A DNA stretch of 64,000 nucleotides from Ophelia neglecta (lineage: Eukaryota). Below the pieces are notes generated by a model. That model had not been told where the DNA came from, did not search any database, and saw only the letters and a program-made list of their open reading frames with translations. This document shows, one piece after another, positions 28,631 through 39,900 of this stretch. Where the stretch lies: contig OZ260661.1 in NCBI GenBank assembly GCA_965285935.1, positions 63,054,001 to 63,118,000 of the forward strand, in the 5' to 3' direction. Position 1 is the stretch's first letter. Every line of letters starts with the position of its first letter. Both the position numbers and the translations under genes were made by a program.

Positions 28631-29008
28631 AGGAAATATAAAAAGTGGTACTTTTTTATTTAAACTCTATTTTTATTAAATTTCAACATCCGATTAGATG
28701 TTAATGTACATTTATATTTAAATGCACTATCGGTGGAAGATGCTTTATTTATTACAATGTATTCACAAAACACTGAAAATTAAAAACAGTTTCGATTTAC
28801 TAGTATAGCTCTAGTAAAATCTAACTCTGTGCAATGGAGCATGATGTACATTACTCATTAAAATTACATGCTAAATAAATATTTCTCTTTTTAAGAAGTT
28901 TGGTCTACTTTCTGGTTTTAATCTACTTGCTGGTTTTAAACATACCTTGAGGTGACCTATCATACTTATTGAGCAACCAATTGTGGCACAATTACTACAA
29001 ATAATGGG

Positions 29009-32000
29009 TTATCTATCGGCGATAAAGTTTTCAACGCTTAAAGAGTGGGTGCTTCTGGATCGTCGAAGTGGGTGTCCATCGAAATTGGAATACTCTCGGT
29101 AGCCATCTAATCGTTCATTGATTACGAAGCATGTTTCAGACAGGGAACCGGATGAACTAGCATTTCCAAAGGATGCAAAAGTAGCCATAACATTGAAAGA
29201 GTTATCCTTATTGTTAAAGTTGTAAATGTAATCTTCCCAAAAACCTTCATCCAAAAACGAAGAAAGTGGAGCTGGGACACTATCAGATGGGTCTACCGTT
29301 TCGACATGGTCCCCGTGTTCGATCCCAGACGAATCTGGGTGCCCTTCTTTTTTTGCACCAAGACATGATGTTTCAAAGGAGCAAGGCTGCACCATATCAA
29401 ACTGACTTTCGTCCTGAGGATCATGTTCAACTTTTTCTATTTTCATTAGTTTGTGTTTCGCCGAGAAGTTATCGTTATCTTTCCCAATATTAGTACTGGC
29501 ATCATTTATTGTGTTGAGAGGATCGGAAACAACATTCTCAGTGATTAAACCAATCAGCATCTCATTTTCCTCTACTTCAACTTTTGCCTCTAGACTGCTG
29601 GCTGTAACTGTTCCAGACGTGGCATTCGTATAACCGGTAATAGTATCTGACTTGGCACTATTCTCTAGAACAGAAGAACCATTAGAAGGCAATACCACCA
29701 TTGGTATATCACCTTCCTTTATTTCTTCTGTGGTAGTCGTTGAAGACAAGCTGTCTTTTTCCCGGCCAACAAGATAATTCTTTTCCGTGAATATGGTTAT
29801 CTCACTTTCCAAATTATGTATCTCCGTTTCGACACTCAATGCAAACTCATCGACAGCCCCTTGTAGAAGAACTTCATCGTGTGACAGTAGAAACGTTTTA
29901 CTCTCAACTTTCTTTATATTTGAGAAATGACGTGGAGAGCTGCTTATTTTGTCTGACTCTTCCTCTAAAGACTTGGGACAGTTTCCCTCTTTTTCGTTGT
30001 CAATTTCAGATTCAATGTTCATGGCCGTTAAGTCATGAGTATTTTCATTCTCTGTACATACACTGTCTTTAATCACAATGGAATGGTCTTGCTCTAGATT
30101 AGTTGCAAACTTATTATGCACTTCCTCAAATGAGTTGTTTATCATGTTATTTCCTGAGAGAGTTTTCATTTGACATTCATCTAAACTGTAAATCATCATG
30201 GCTGTCTCCAAATCTACTTCTTTTGCGTCGGTAATACCGCAATTGTCTTGACATGGGAAATCCATGCATTTTGGATCGACATAGAGACGCTTGATCATCA
30301 AATATAAATCGCTGACAAAAGCTTCAACTTTTCTAGTAGCCAGCCTACATGATTGCTTTATTTCATAATGAATACTTATTATATCCCATCCATTGATAGA
30401 TAAAGTCAGAAAAAAGAGTGCCGTGGTGTAATAGACTGTGTATAAAATCACCCCTGGCAGGTGACACACTATGCACAGCAGAAACGTATTGACTATAAAA
30501 CCAAAAAGTAGACCACACACCATTGCCTCAGCAAATTGCCAAAATGACAACATATTCCACAGAAGGTTCAACTCATCTAGCGCACTCTCAACGAATTTTA
30601 ATGGTGATTTGGCAAGAAAGTCATACATTTTCCCTACTAATTCCAGGACACATTTGGCTTTAGATAAGTGGAAAAGGCACGTTTCTAACGTTGCATAAAA
30701 TTTTCTGGTGTGTTGATGCTTTTGAATTCGCTTATACTGTGATGCTAAGTATCTCGAAGAACGTCGATAGTATATCTTCTCTCCGTTGCTTTGGTCGATC
30801 TCAATACATATATCACGCCGTTCAACTACTGTATAAAGAGCCAACCAAATCATATTATAGACATTGAAAAAGGACCATTCACCAGATACACCATACGACC
30901 TTTTGCCTTTGTCTCTTTCAATTCCATGGAAAGTCCTGCATTTTGTCAACCCGATGAACATCCTGATAAGGACAACCAAAGCAAAGGTAAAGGAGAAGGC
31001 AACCATAGATATATTGTCTCTGTACGCTTCCAAAACCAGACTGAATCCGAAACCCAATTGAAGGATTATTTCAGAAACTTTGTCAGCCATCCCCACAAAG
31101 CAATACACACTGCCGCATGTTACATTGAGAAATACATCATATAAGAAACAAATCAGTTTTAGTACGAGGCGGACCTCGATAAGTATCCAGGCTTTAAAGA
31201 AGTCTAGCCAACTCATATTTTTATTGAGAGGTTTGGCGTCGAGGACGTCAGTAATAAACCAAATATGCCATTGCAGTAGCCGAGAACTAACCCGCTGAAG
31301 CTTTTGCGGTAGGTCACCAAAAAACTTAACCGCAGAAACACAAATTCTCACGCAGAACCCTAGAAGTTCCCAAATGCGATAAGTTTGCTTGAGGAAGAAT
31401 GTTCTCGATGCTATATCTACTAGCATCTTTTTCTGGGTCAATTGGTCGTTGTTTATCATATGAATTTGCTGCCTTTTCCAACTCTTGAAGTTCTCAACAA
31501 TAGTGCAAAACGAAGACTTCAACCACCTGGCACATGAACATATACCGCTCAGCTCAATTATGTGGCCTGTGAAATAAAAGAAAACATGTAGTCTATTCCT
31601 AGCCCTGTCATGGCTAATTTCATTATGCATAAAGAGAATTTATCTATAGGGCCTATTGCTTTAATGAATAAAAGTGACATGAAACTTGGTTTAAAATGAA
31701 AGCAATGCCTACCACACAAGGGAACACCAAGCCAATTCAATAACTTTAAAAACAGAAGTCCGATCACAATCTGTAAGGCGTCAAGTGAAAAACACATGTT
31801 TTATGCCTTGTACGCTTTAATGAATCATCACCAAACATCCACTAGCTTTCAGAGCAAAGCGTCTCTCTATGTTGTGTAAGATTTCGTTTTCCGTTCGTCA
31901 TCAAAAGATGTGGCTGCTCCGTCAAGATGGCTTTACCCTGGAATCATATAAACCAACATGAAAAAAACTGGTGAATTCTACAAGCAAACTCGTCAAATAC

Positions 32001-34402
32001 CATTTCTAGAGATAAGTTGGAAGTATGCTCGAATTTAGATAGGAAATGGAATTATACATATTGAATTGAATTGAATTTATTGCCATAAAAAGAAACAACA
32101 ATGACATATACAAATGGTATGATATACAATCATATACCAGTAGCCTAATGACATTTCATGACAAAGGGAGAAGGACACCACACTGGTGTATGTACCCCCA
32201 CATCAGATATAACTACTAAATTATAAATGTTTCACCATACAATGTGCAGAGCGAAAAAAAAAGACGAAAAATAACTAGGAATAAACAATAACATTAATAT
32301 AACATAATAAAGGAAATATCCCTCCACCCCCCCCCCCCCCCAAAAAAAAACACTATTTGTAATATCTTATGCATACACCAAAGAACTTGTATGACAAAGT
32401 AAAGACAGTAAAATATTAGTATTATGTCACAAATCACCCTGTACAAGAAGAAAGGCCTTTACATTCTGTTTAAATGATGAAATTTTTATGTCAGGCACTA
32501 AAGATGGCTGATATTATGTTTCAGATAACAACACCCTGATAGCATACACCCTTCTGGGAAGCTGCTAAATTATATTTAGGCACACGCAACAGGTTAGAAC
32601 GACGGGTCTCATATGCATGATAGTCACTATTTTTACAGAATACATCCTTAAAGATAACTGGCAATACATTATTGTGAACTTTATACATGAACAAAAATAT
32701 TTTATACTTGTATATACTGAACAAGTTCAAAAATTTTTATTCCTGGTATATAGGGCCAGTACTTGCCCTGTATGATGAGTAAGATTCCACTCTTAAGATT
32801 TTCTTTTGCAGCTTGACAAGAGGATTCAAGATTTCCTGAGTAGCTCCCCCCCCCCCCACACACACACACACACCTCAATACAATACATAAAATATGGAAG
32901 TATAAATGTATTATACAAAGTTTTAAGAATTGATTTGAGAAGCAATTTCTTTGCCCTACAAATTATCCCTAGGCCTTTACTTATTTTCTTTTTGATCATA
33001 TTAACATGGTCAAACCAAGACAAGGTCGAATCTATAAAAACCCCCAGGAACTTTGTCGAATTCACTTTTTGAACAGTTTCACCACCTATAAATAAATTAC
33101 AATTGTCTGGCATACTCAACCGTTTATAACTGAACACCATATAATGAGTTTTTTTAATATTGATGTATAGCTAATTAACTTCTCACCAAATTACAATTTT
33201 CTTCAATTCCGTGTTCATACTCTCAACCATTTTGTTGATACCCTTGCCAGTAATAAAAACATTGATGTCATCTGCGAATAACACAGGAAATATAATTTCT
33301 GATACACTTGAGATGTCATTTACATATAATATAAATAAAAGTGGTCCGAGAATTGACCCCTGAGGGATACCGCAAGTAATAAATTGGACCCTAGAATTCT
33401 CATTATCATATGATACAAACTGGGTACGTTTGGACAAATAACTTTGAATCCATTCATAGGCTATACCACGTATTCCATATTTAAATAATTTGCTCAATAG
33501 TATTGCATGATTCACTGTATCGAATGCCTTCGAAAAATCCAAGAAAACTCCAATTGCTTCGTCCCCATTATCCAAAGCATTAATTAATTTATCTACAAGC
33601 AACATAAGAGCAAGATTTGTGCCATGCTTTTCCCTAAACCCAAACTGATATTTATACAAGATATCATGTTTGTTTATAAAGGATATGATTCTATTATACA
33701 TTAAACGTTCAAGAACTTTTGAAAACAGAGGCAGTACAGATACAGGTCTATAATTGGAAATTTTTGTTGAACTATCACCTTTGTACAGTGGTATAACTTT
33801 GGCTTTTCACAAACTAAATATATATTAACAGTTCTATATTTATACAACGTGGCATCAACAAAATAGATGTCGGCAAAACTTGTATGGCTATAGTGTTTTG
33901 GTTTTTTTTTTGCACACACACACTCCATGAAAGACTTCTTTGCCTCACGCGACCTTTTTTGTCAGTACCTGGACACCTTTCTTTAGCCTATTGGAAGGAG
34001 CAATTATTTATTTTCACTGTAAATTTTCGTACACATTAAATTTGAACAAAAAAGGCACTGCTGTATGTAATACGAACAGACGATGAAAAAAGAAGAAGAA
34101 AGAAACAAATTATCGTGTTAGTAGTTCTTTACAGGCCCAAGACCCGGGGGCCTAACGAATCGTCCTAGACGAAAACGAAAACCATGCGGTAGTGAGACTA
34201 TAGCTATTGAAAATGTTCCAGCAGGTTCTTATTAGAGCAGTAGAAAAGACATCATATGTTAAGTTGCCGTTGAATTATATATGCGAGTATCTTTACCTGT
34301 AAGAATGGGATGTTGGCTCGTCATGAATTGGTCTGAATTCTTCCTCTTGCCTAGGCAACTTATTAACACGTTAATTGTTTGTTTCAAGAGCATTGTTTTC
34401 AT
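29009..34402 (-). CDS. Uncharacterised protein of about 887 aa: hydrophobic multi-TM N-half and acidic low-complexity C-half
   Basis: A 2.6-kb open frame (29009-31630) with a strong acceptor ttttcttttatttcacag|GC at 31566. Candidate exon 1 is 34402-34297 (MKTMLLKQ...HPILT, donor ACAG|gtaaag). Phase 1 joins in frame to give GHIIELSG. Exon 1 is less certain than exon 2. Confidence 0.75.
32062..33812 (-). mobile_element. 5'-truncated, degenerate non-LTR retrotransposon (CR1/L2/jockey-type RT, ORF2 C-terminal part plus 3' UTR)
   Basis: Motifs AKVIPLYK, NYRPVSVLP, YQFGFREKH, DFSKAFDTVNH, GIPQGSILGPLLFILYVND, FADD, KFLGVFIDSTLSW and HAYETR, broken by stops and frameshifts. The 3' end is AATAAA followed by an (ATTCA)n tail at about 32062-32081. 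Confidence 0.92.
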
Positions 34403-34549
34403 TTCATTCCCTTAATAAGGCTTAATCGTGGTGGCGTCTGCCTAGTTTATTGTTCAATGTAGGAGGAGGCCTGATATCCCGCCACACCGTCCCTAGTTTC
34501 TCTCCTCAATTGATCTCCATCATCGCTCATCCTGTCAAATAATCGCAAA

Positions 34550-34594
34550 TGACGTCATGTCTGATTATCAAGGCACGCGTTACAACTTAGCAAC
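34550..34594. promoter_or_regulatory. Candidate promoter elements of the 887-aa gene: perfect CRE (TGACGTCA) and an RFX-like TAGCAAC half-site
   Basis: TGACGTCA at 34550-34557 and GTTACAACTTAGCAAC at 34579-34594, about 150-190 bp upstream of the proposed ATG at 34402. Confidence 0.35.
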
Positions 34595-35852
34595 ACATTT
34601 GGGCACTATGGAGGTAACATATGAGCAGATGAGGCCATTAGCTCAGGTATGAATTTGCAATCACCAAATGCCGAATGAATAAGTGTTCACTGAAATTAAT
34701 AAAAAACTGAAATCCATTCTTTTCTTAATGATATCGCTTTTATGCTACTTAAGCTACTCGCGTTTCCTCGGCAGTTGACAGAAGAGCAAATGTTAGAGAA
34801 AAATGTTTTCATGCCTCGAACTTCAAGGGCGTGGCGGATGAATCTCCCTTAAAAAAAATTAGCGATTTCATGATAATTGCAAATTTTTTGCTAAAGTGTC
34901 CATCGCATACCTTAAAGTTTAACCAACACAAGGCGAAACTAATAGACAGATTAGGCCTATGTATTGAATTAAAATGGTGGGCACTCCATTGTTTCGTAAT
35001 TCTATTGGCTTTGTACATCGGCGCAAAATACTAGTATTGTGGCTTATTGGCTTATGTATATGTAAAGAAAGTTTGTTTTGGTGTTCCAGTGTAGGTTGCA
35101 TGTGAGCGTGTGTTTGGGTGCGGGGGGTCCCGGGGGGGGGGGGGGGGCAGAGGTTATAACTTGGTAAAAGAAGAATGTAAGGGAATGGCGACGTTTACTC
35201 AGGAGCACCAAGTGTGAGTAAAATCACTGTCCTCCGTGGCTCTACTTCAAAACCATAAGCACCTATAAAGAGAATGTATTTGATGGAGTAAAGTGCAGTC
35301 TCATATTACTAACGATAGAAAATCCCCCACCCCCTCACTCTCACCCTCCCCCGTTAGCCTTATTTGCCCTGTCAACGGCAAATCATGAAATGAAACCTTT
35401 AGCCAACGGTTCGATATTAATTTTATCAAAGTACTGCAACCGATAGATAACAACATTAGAAAATTAACGATAGTTTATATGTAAAAACATTTTGTTGGTC
35501 ATTCAGTTAAAAAAAAAACTAGACTAGCAACCAAGCAAAGATGTTTGATAGTACATAGACGTCGATTGAATAATGTTAATTTAATGTCGTAAGGACTTTG
35601 CTAATTACTGCAGCCAGGTAAATTGAATCCTAAAAGTAAAGAACCCCGATTTGTCAGATAACTTAAATAAATAAAAACCTCATTCACAATAAATAGATAA
35701 ATAATAACTATTGACCCACAGGGAGAGATAACATTTAATCCAAACTTTCACAAAAATGCAATATTTGCCAAAAGATATCTTTTTAAAACTGATCAAAAGG
35801 TTTTAAAATGCTCTCCCTCCCCATCCCACACTTTTTTTGCATATCTGTGATT

Positions 35853-36015
35853 GCGGATTATCTGTAATTGAATAAAATTAGTGGATTATCTGTGATGGAA
35901 TTTAACTAAAGGACTATCTGTGATGGAATTTATCAAGTGGATTATCTGTGATGGAATTTGACTAGTGCATAATCTGTGATGGAATATTGCTAGTAGAATA
36001 TCTATGATGGGAATG
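35853..36015. repeat. Minisatellite, about 28-bp unit (GTGGATTATCTGTGATGGAATTTxACTA), about 6 diverged copies
   Basis: The core ATCTGTGATGGAAT recurs at about 28-bp spacing. Confidence 0.85.
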
Positions 36016-36982
36016 CAATATATATCATATTATATATTTAAATTGAAAGAGTATGTTTGATATTGTTTAAATAATGAATGAATTACTTTTCATTTCACTA
36101 AAAAGTATAATGTTTATAAAAAAAAAACTCTTAGATAGTTTCTCTTTAAACAACATTTAGTGACCTCTTATCTGTGTTCTTGTCGCAAAAATATTACCTT
36201 CAACGTAACGGCAGTTGGAAATCTTTCCAGAGTCATTGATTTTGCAGCGCTGAAAGTGGGGTTGATAAAATATCATTGCTACCAAAATTAAATTAACATT
36301 TTCTAAAAACAATATCTAATATTCTTAATTTGTTGTTTTTTTTTTTGTTAGATTCAGAGGTTTTGCCGTGCATGAACCAATACATTATGCCACACTCACA
36401 ATATCAACAAATTGTCTGTCCATACTTTATTTACACTTGTATACTGTATAGAATTAATTTATTCTTTTTAAGTTCTTCCTCATTAAGACTGTCTAATCAA
36501 TTATGCAAAGGGTAAATAGATTAACTATCCCTTTTCCCAAGTAGGGACCAAATTTTCATGTTATTTTCCCTCTTATGCCTTTTATTGGTTATCAGTTAAT
36601 TAAAATAAGGCCAAGTATTTTGATCTGTTCCTGGACTCATATAAGATGATCATTTATGCTTTATATCAAGATAAATATTCTTGAAACCCTTTTATTTTGC
36701 TGCCCTTAATGTTCATGCTTTGACATAAAAATCAGTTTGCTGCTCTTTTGTTAAGCATATTAGAGGCTTTCACCATATGACCTATAGCTGGGCCTTTAAT
36801 TTTCGATTTTGACCCCACAGGGAAAATAGCAAAATCAGGGGCTCGCTAAATATAAGGGATTAAAAATAGTACATGAAAAGTTTGGATTTCAGGAAATGTA
36901 TTTTACTACAAGCACAACTAAAACCAACCGCCTAGCATAATTTAACAATCTTTATTAAAATACTAATTTACAGAGGTTTCAA

Positions 36983-39900
36983 TCATGTTGATTCCTTTTC
37001 TTTCTTTTTGGAAACTGGTTTGGACGACTCTGAAATAAAATAAAAGTCTGTTAATAGATTTGTAAATCAAGGAGAAAATGTAATAAATTGCAGTAGAAAT
37101 TCACCATGTAAATAATCCGAAGTCCATTAACTTCTGAAAATGAAAAGGGAAAGATATATAACTTTTGAAGGTTTGTGAATTTGACCCCCTGCATCATTGA
37201 TTGACCTAGCATATATCTGAAATCAGTAAACAATTTGTAGGTGAAGGAATACTTAAAAGAACATTATAATTCCTACATTTGCCAGGGATTACCAACAAGA
37301 AGTCTGTCATAAGTTTGAACCCAGAGGTTAAGGCATTGAGCTGTAAACATACAGCTGAGCATCTTGGAGTAGATCTAGCTTTTCTTACATGTCTTTAGTC
37401 ACCAGCAGGAGGAAATTACAGCATAATCATGATCATTCAAGTATATTTTTGTTCTCAAAATTTGAGACATGCCAATATACAGCTTTCCAAATCTCCCTTA
37501 AATTTTCATGTCCTTTAGTTTATCCAGTGAAATCCCAGCCCACACTGCCTCGGCCCAGAGAAGGGTGTGGAGGGATCTACACTTTGTGTAGGCAGTCACA
37601 TCCTTGTAGTATGAGGAGGATTAAACAATAATTGTCATTAGTGGACTCTGACTTCTGGTCTCATACGAAGGGGGCCAGTACCTGAATTACTTTTAATTAT
37701 AACTCGGGAATTCAGGCCTGAAAACAGGAGGTGGAAGACAACAGATAAAACCCCTCATTTCCCAATATACTCCCATAAACCCATCTAAAAAGGTTTAAAG
37801 TCTTGGGAAAGCCAACCCCGAACTAAACCTGGCCACATGTTGGCCATTTAGGGATTTGGCCAACTGTTTTACTTGCAAACTGTTTTCTGATTTCAGCCAC
37901 CAATATCTAACGTGAATTTTGTGTGATGTGTTCCAGCTGTAAATGATGCTTACCGGTATATAAGAATACCTGCAGTATTTCCACAGTATTATGCCTAAAC
38001 ATACAAATAACCAGTACTATATCATTTGCTATGAATAAATAAAGAAGCCTTTAAGTAGTATTGCAGACAAACAACAAGTGTAATTGCATATTTACAGAAA
38101 ATATAATGGTATAACTATTTGTTTTTATACACAGGATACATGTATAATTTCTATTGCATTCCTAAAATCAAACTGATCATTTTTGGTTATTTAAAACTTT
38201 GCCTTGCCATAATTTATTTGAAGAGGGACCTACTTGTGTTTGGACATCAGGTGATTTCTTACAACAGACAAAAACTTACCCCCCCCCCCCAAGGCAAAAC
38301 TGCAACCCCTAACCCCTTTGCATTTTTGCCTTGTTTATTACTTACTCTTATCTTTTTTACTATTCTTTCTCTGACTTTTCTTAGCTTTCTTTATACTAAT
38401 ATCTTCACTTCTTTCTTCAGCCGATAATCTTTTCTTGCTTGCAGACACACCAATTTCAGAAATGTCTGTTTCAAATTGTTCATATTTCGGCCTCTTTTTT
38501 AGTTTCTTTGTCTTCACAACTGGCAATTCAGACCAGAAGCTCTCATCTTCTTCATTATCTTGAAGTGTATTTGCCACTTCCTTTTCATAATGTTCCTTTT
38601 GGGAACCAATCTTGTCTAATTTCTTCATATTGTCCATTGTCCATGATGATGACAGTAAAAGACTATTCAGTCTGGATTTCATGTAAAACTGGAATTGAGA
38701 AACTCTCTATGACATCTTGATATCAAAAAATTACTTTTTAAGCACTTAAATTTCACTGATCTAAAAAATAATTTACTTAAAAAACTAATCTAAATTTGAG
38801 AAATTCATTATTCAAAAGTATCTTGTCGTACTTTGTGAAGGAGGTCTTTTGAGTTGAGGTCATGAATTCTCACAAAACGGTCTAATCCACAAGACACCAC
38901 AACATCCATTGACGGATGGCATTGAACGCATCGGATCCCTCCAGAAAATCCTTTATATTTTTGTACCAAATGACCTGGAATGTAAGGTTGCCACATTTGT
39001 GTAAATAACGCTCAATAAATCCATATCATATTAACCACTAGTATAAAACTGTCTGATGCATAAAACTACCATTAAGCCACAAGTAAAATAATTATTAATT
39101 TTGCCTCTGACCTAATTTTTAAGTTAAAATAAGGCATCTGTGGAGGTTTAATAATACTACTTGAGCAGTTCATTATACACCCCATTAGTGTACCTTTTCC
39201 TCTGATATCCAATAAAGCCATGTTCCCCTGGGTGTTTCCAACAACAACTTGACTGAAATTTACAAAGTTCACCTGGTTTATTTTTAGTTTTATTTGACCA
39301 CTATTAAATCACAGGATTAACAAGTTCAAACAAAATTTGGGACATAGTGTGAGTTTGAAAAACCAGGGAATTGTCCTTACTTTTCTCCAGGTCGGAGGGA
39401 CATGGTTGTGATGGGGTATTCATCAAACTCCATATCTAACACAGGTCTTCTCTGAGGGGTGCTGGGATCATAAAGCCTTACCTACAAACATACAATTATA
39501 TAAACAGTTTCTAATCATCACAATGGTTGTATTGGACAACAAGTAGTCTAAAAAAGGGTATATTACTGTTTGCTAAGCCTGTTTCTGAATTTGCATCCAG
39601 TCAGCAAAAGGAAGGGGATGTGCACTATTGTTCAGCCCCAAACATATTTGAAAATGTATCATGCATTCACCTGGTGATGTCCTGTACAAGTGACGATCTT
39701 TTGAGAATCAGGGACAAAGGCTGCATCTGTCACCCATACTGGTACTCGCAAACACAACCAATCATCTCTCACCTGTATGGAAATATAAATAAAAGTCCAA
39801 AATAAAAAATTAATATGAACACCTGTACACCATAAATGTACAAATTTTGCAAACAAGTCATCAAAACAAAACCAATAAGCTACAGCCCTGAGAGCTACAG

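Noticed and set aside
35853-36015. Regularly spaced 28-bp repeat as a CRISPR array
   Set aside because: Eukaryotic context, no unique spacers and no cas genes. It is a minisatellite.
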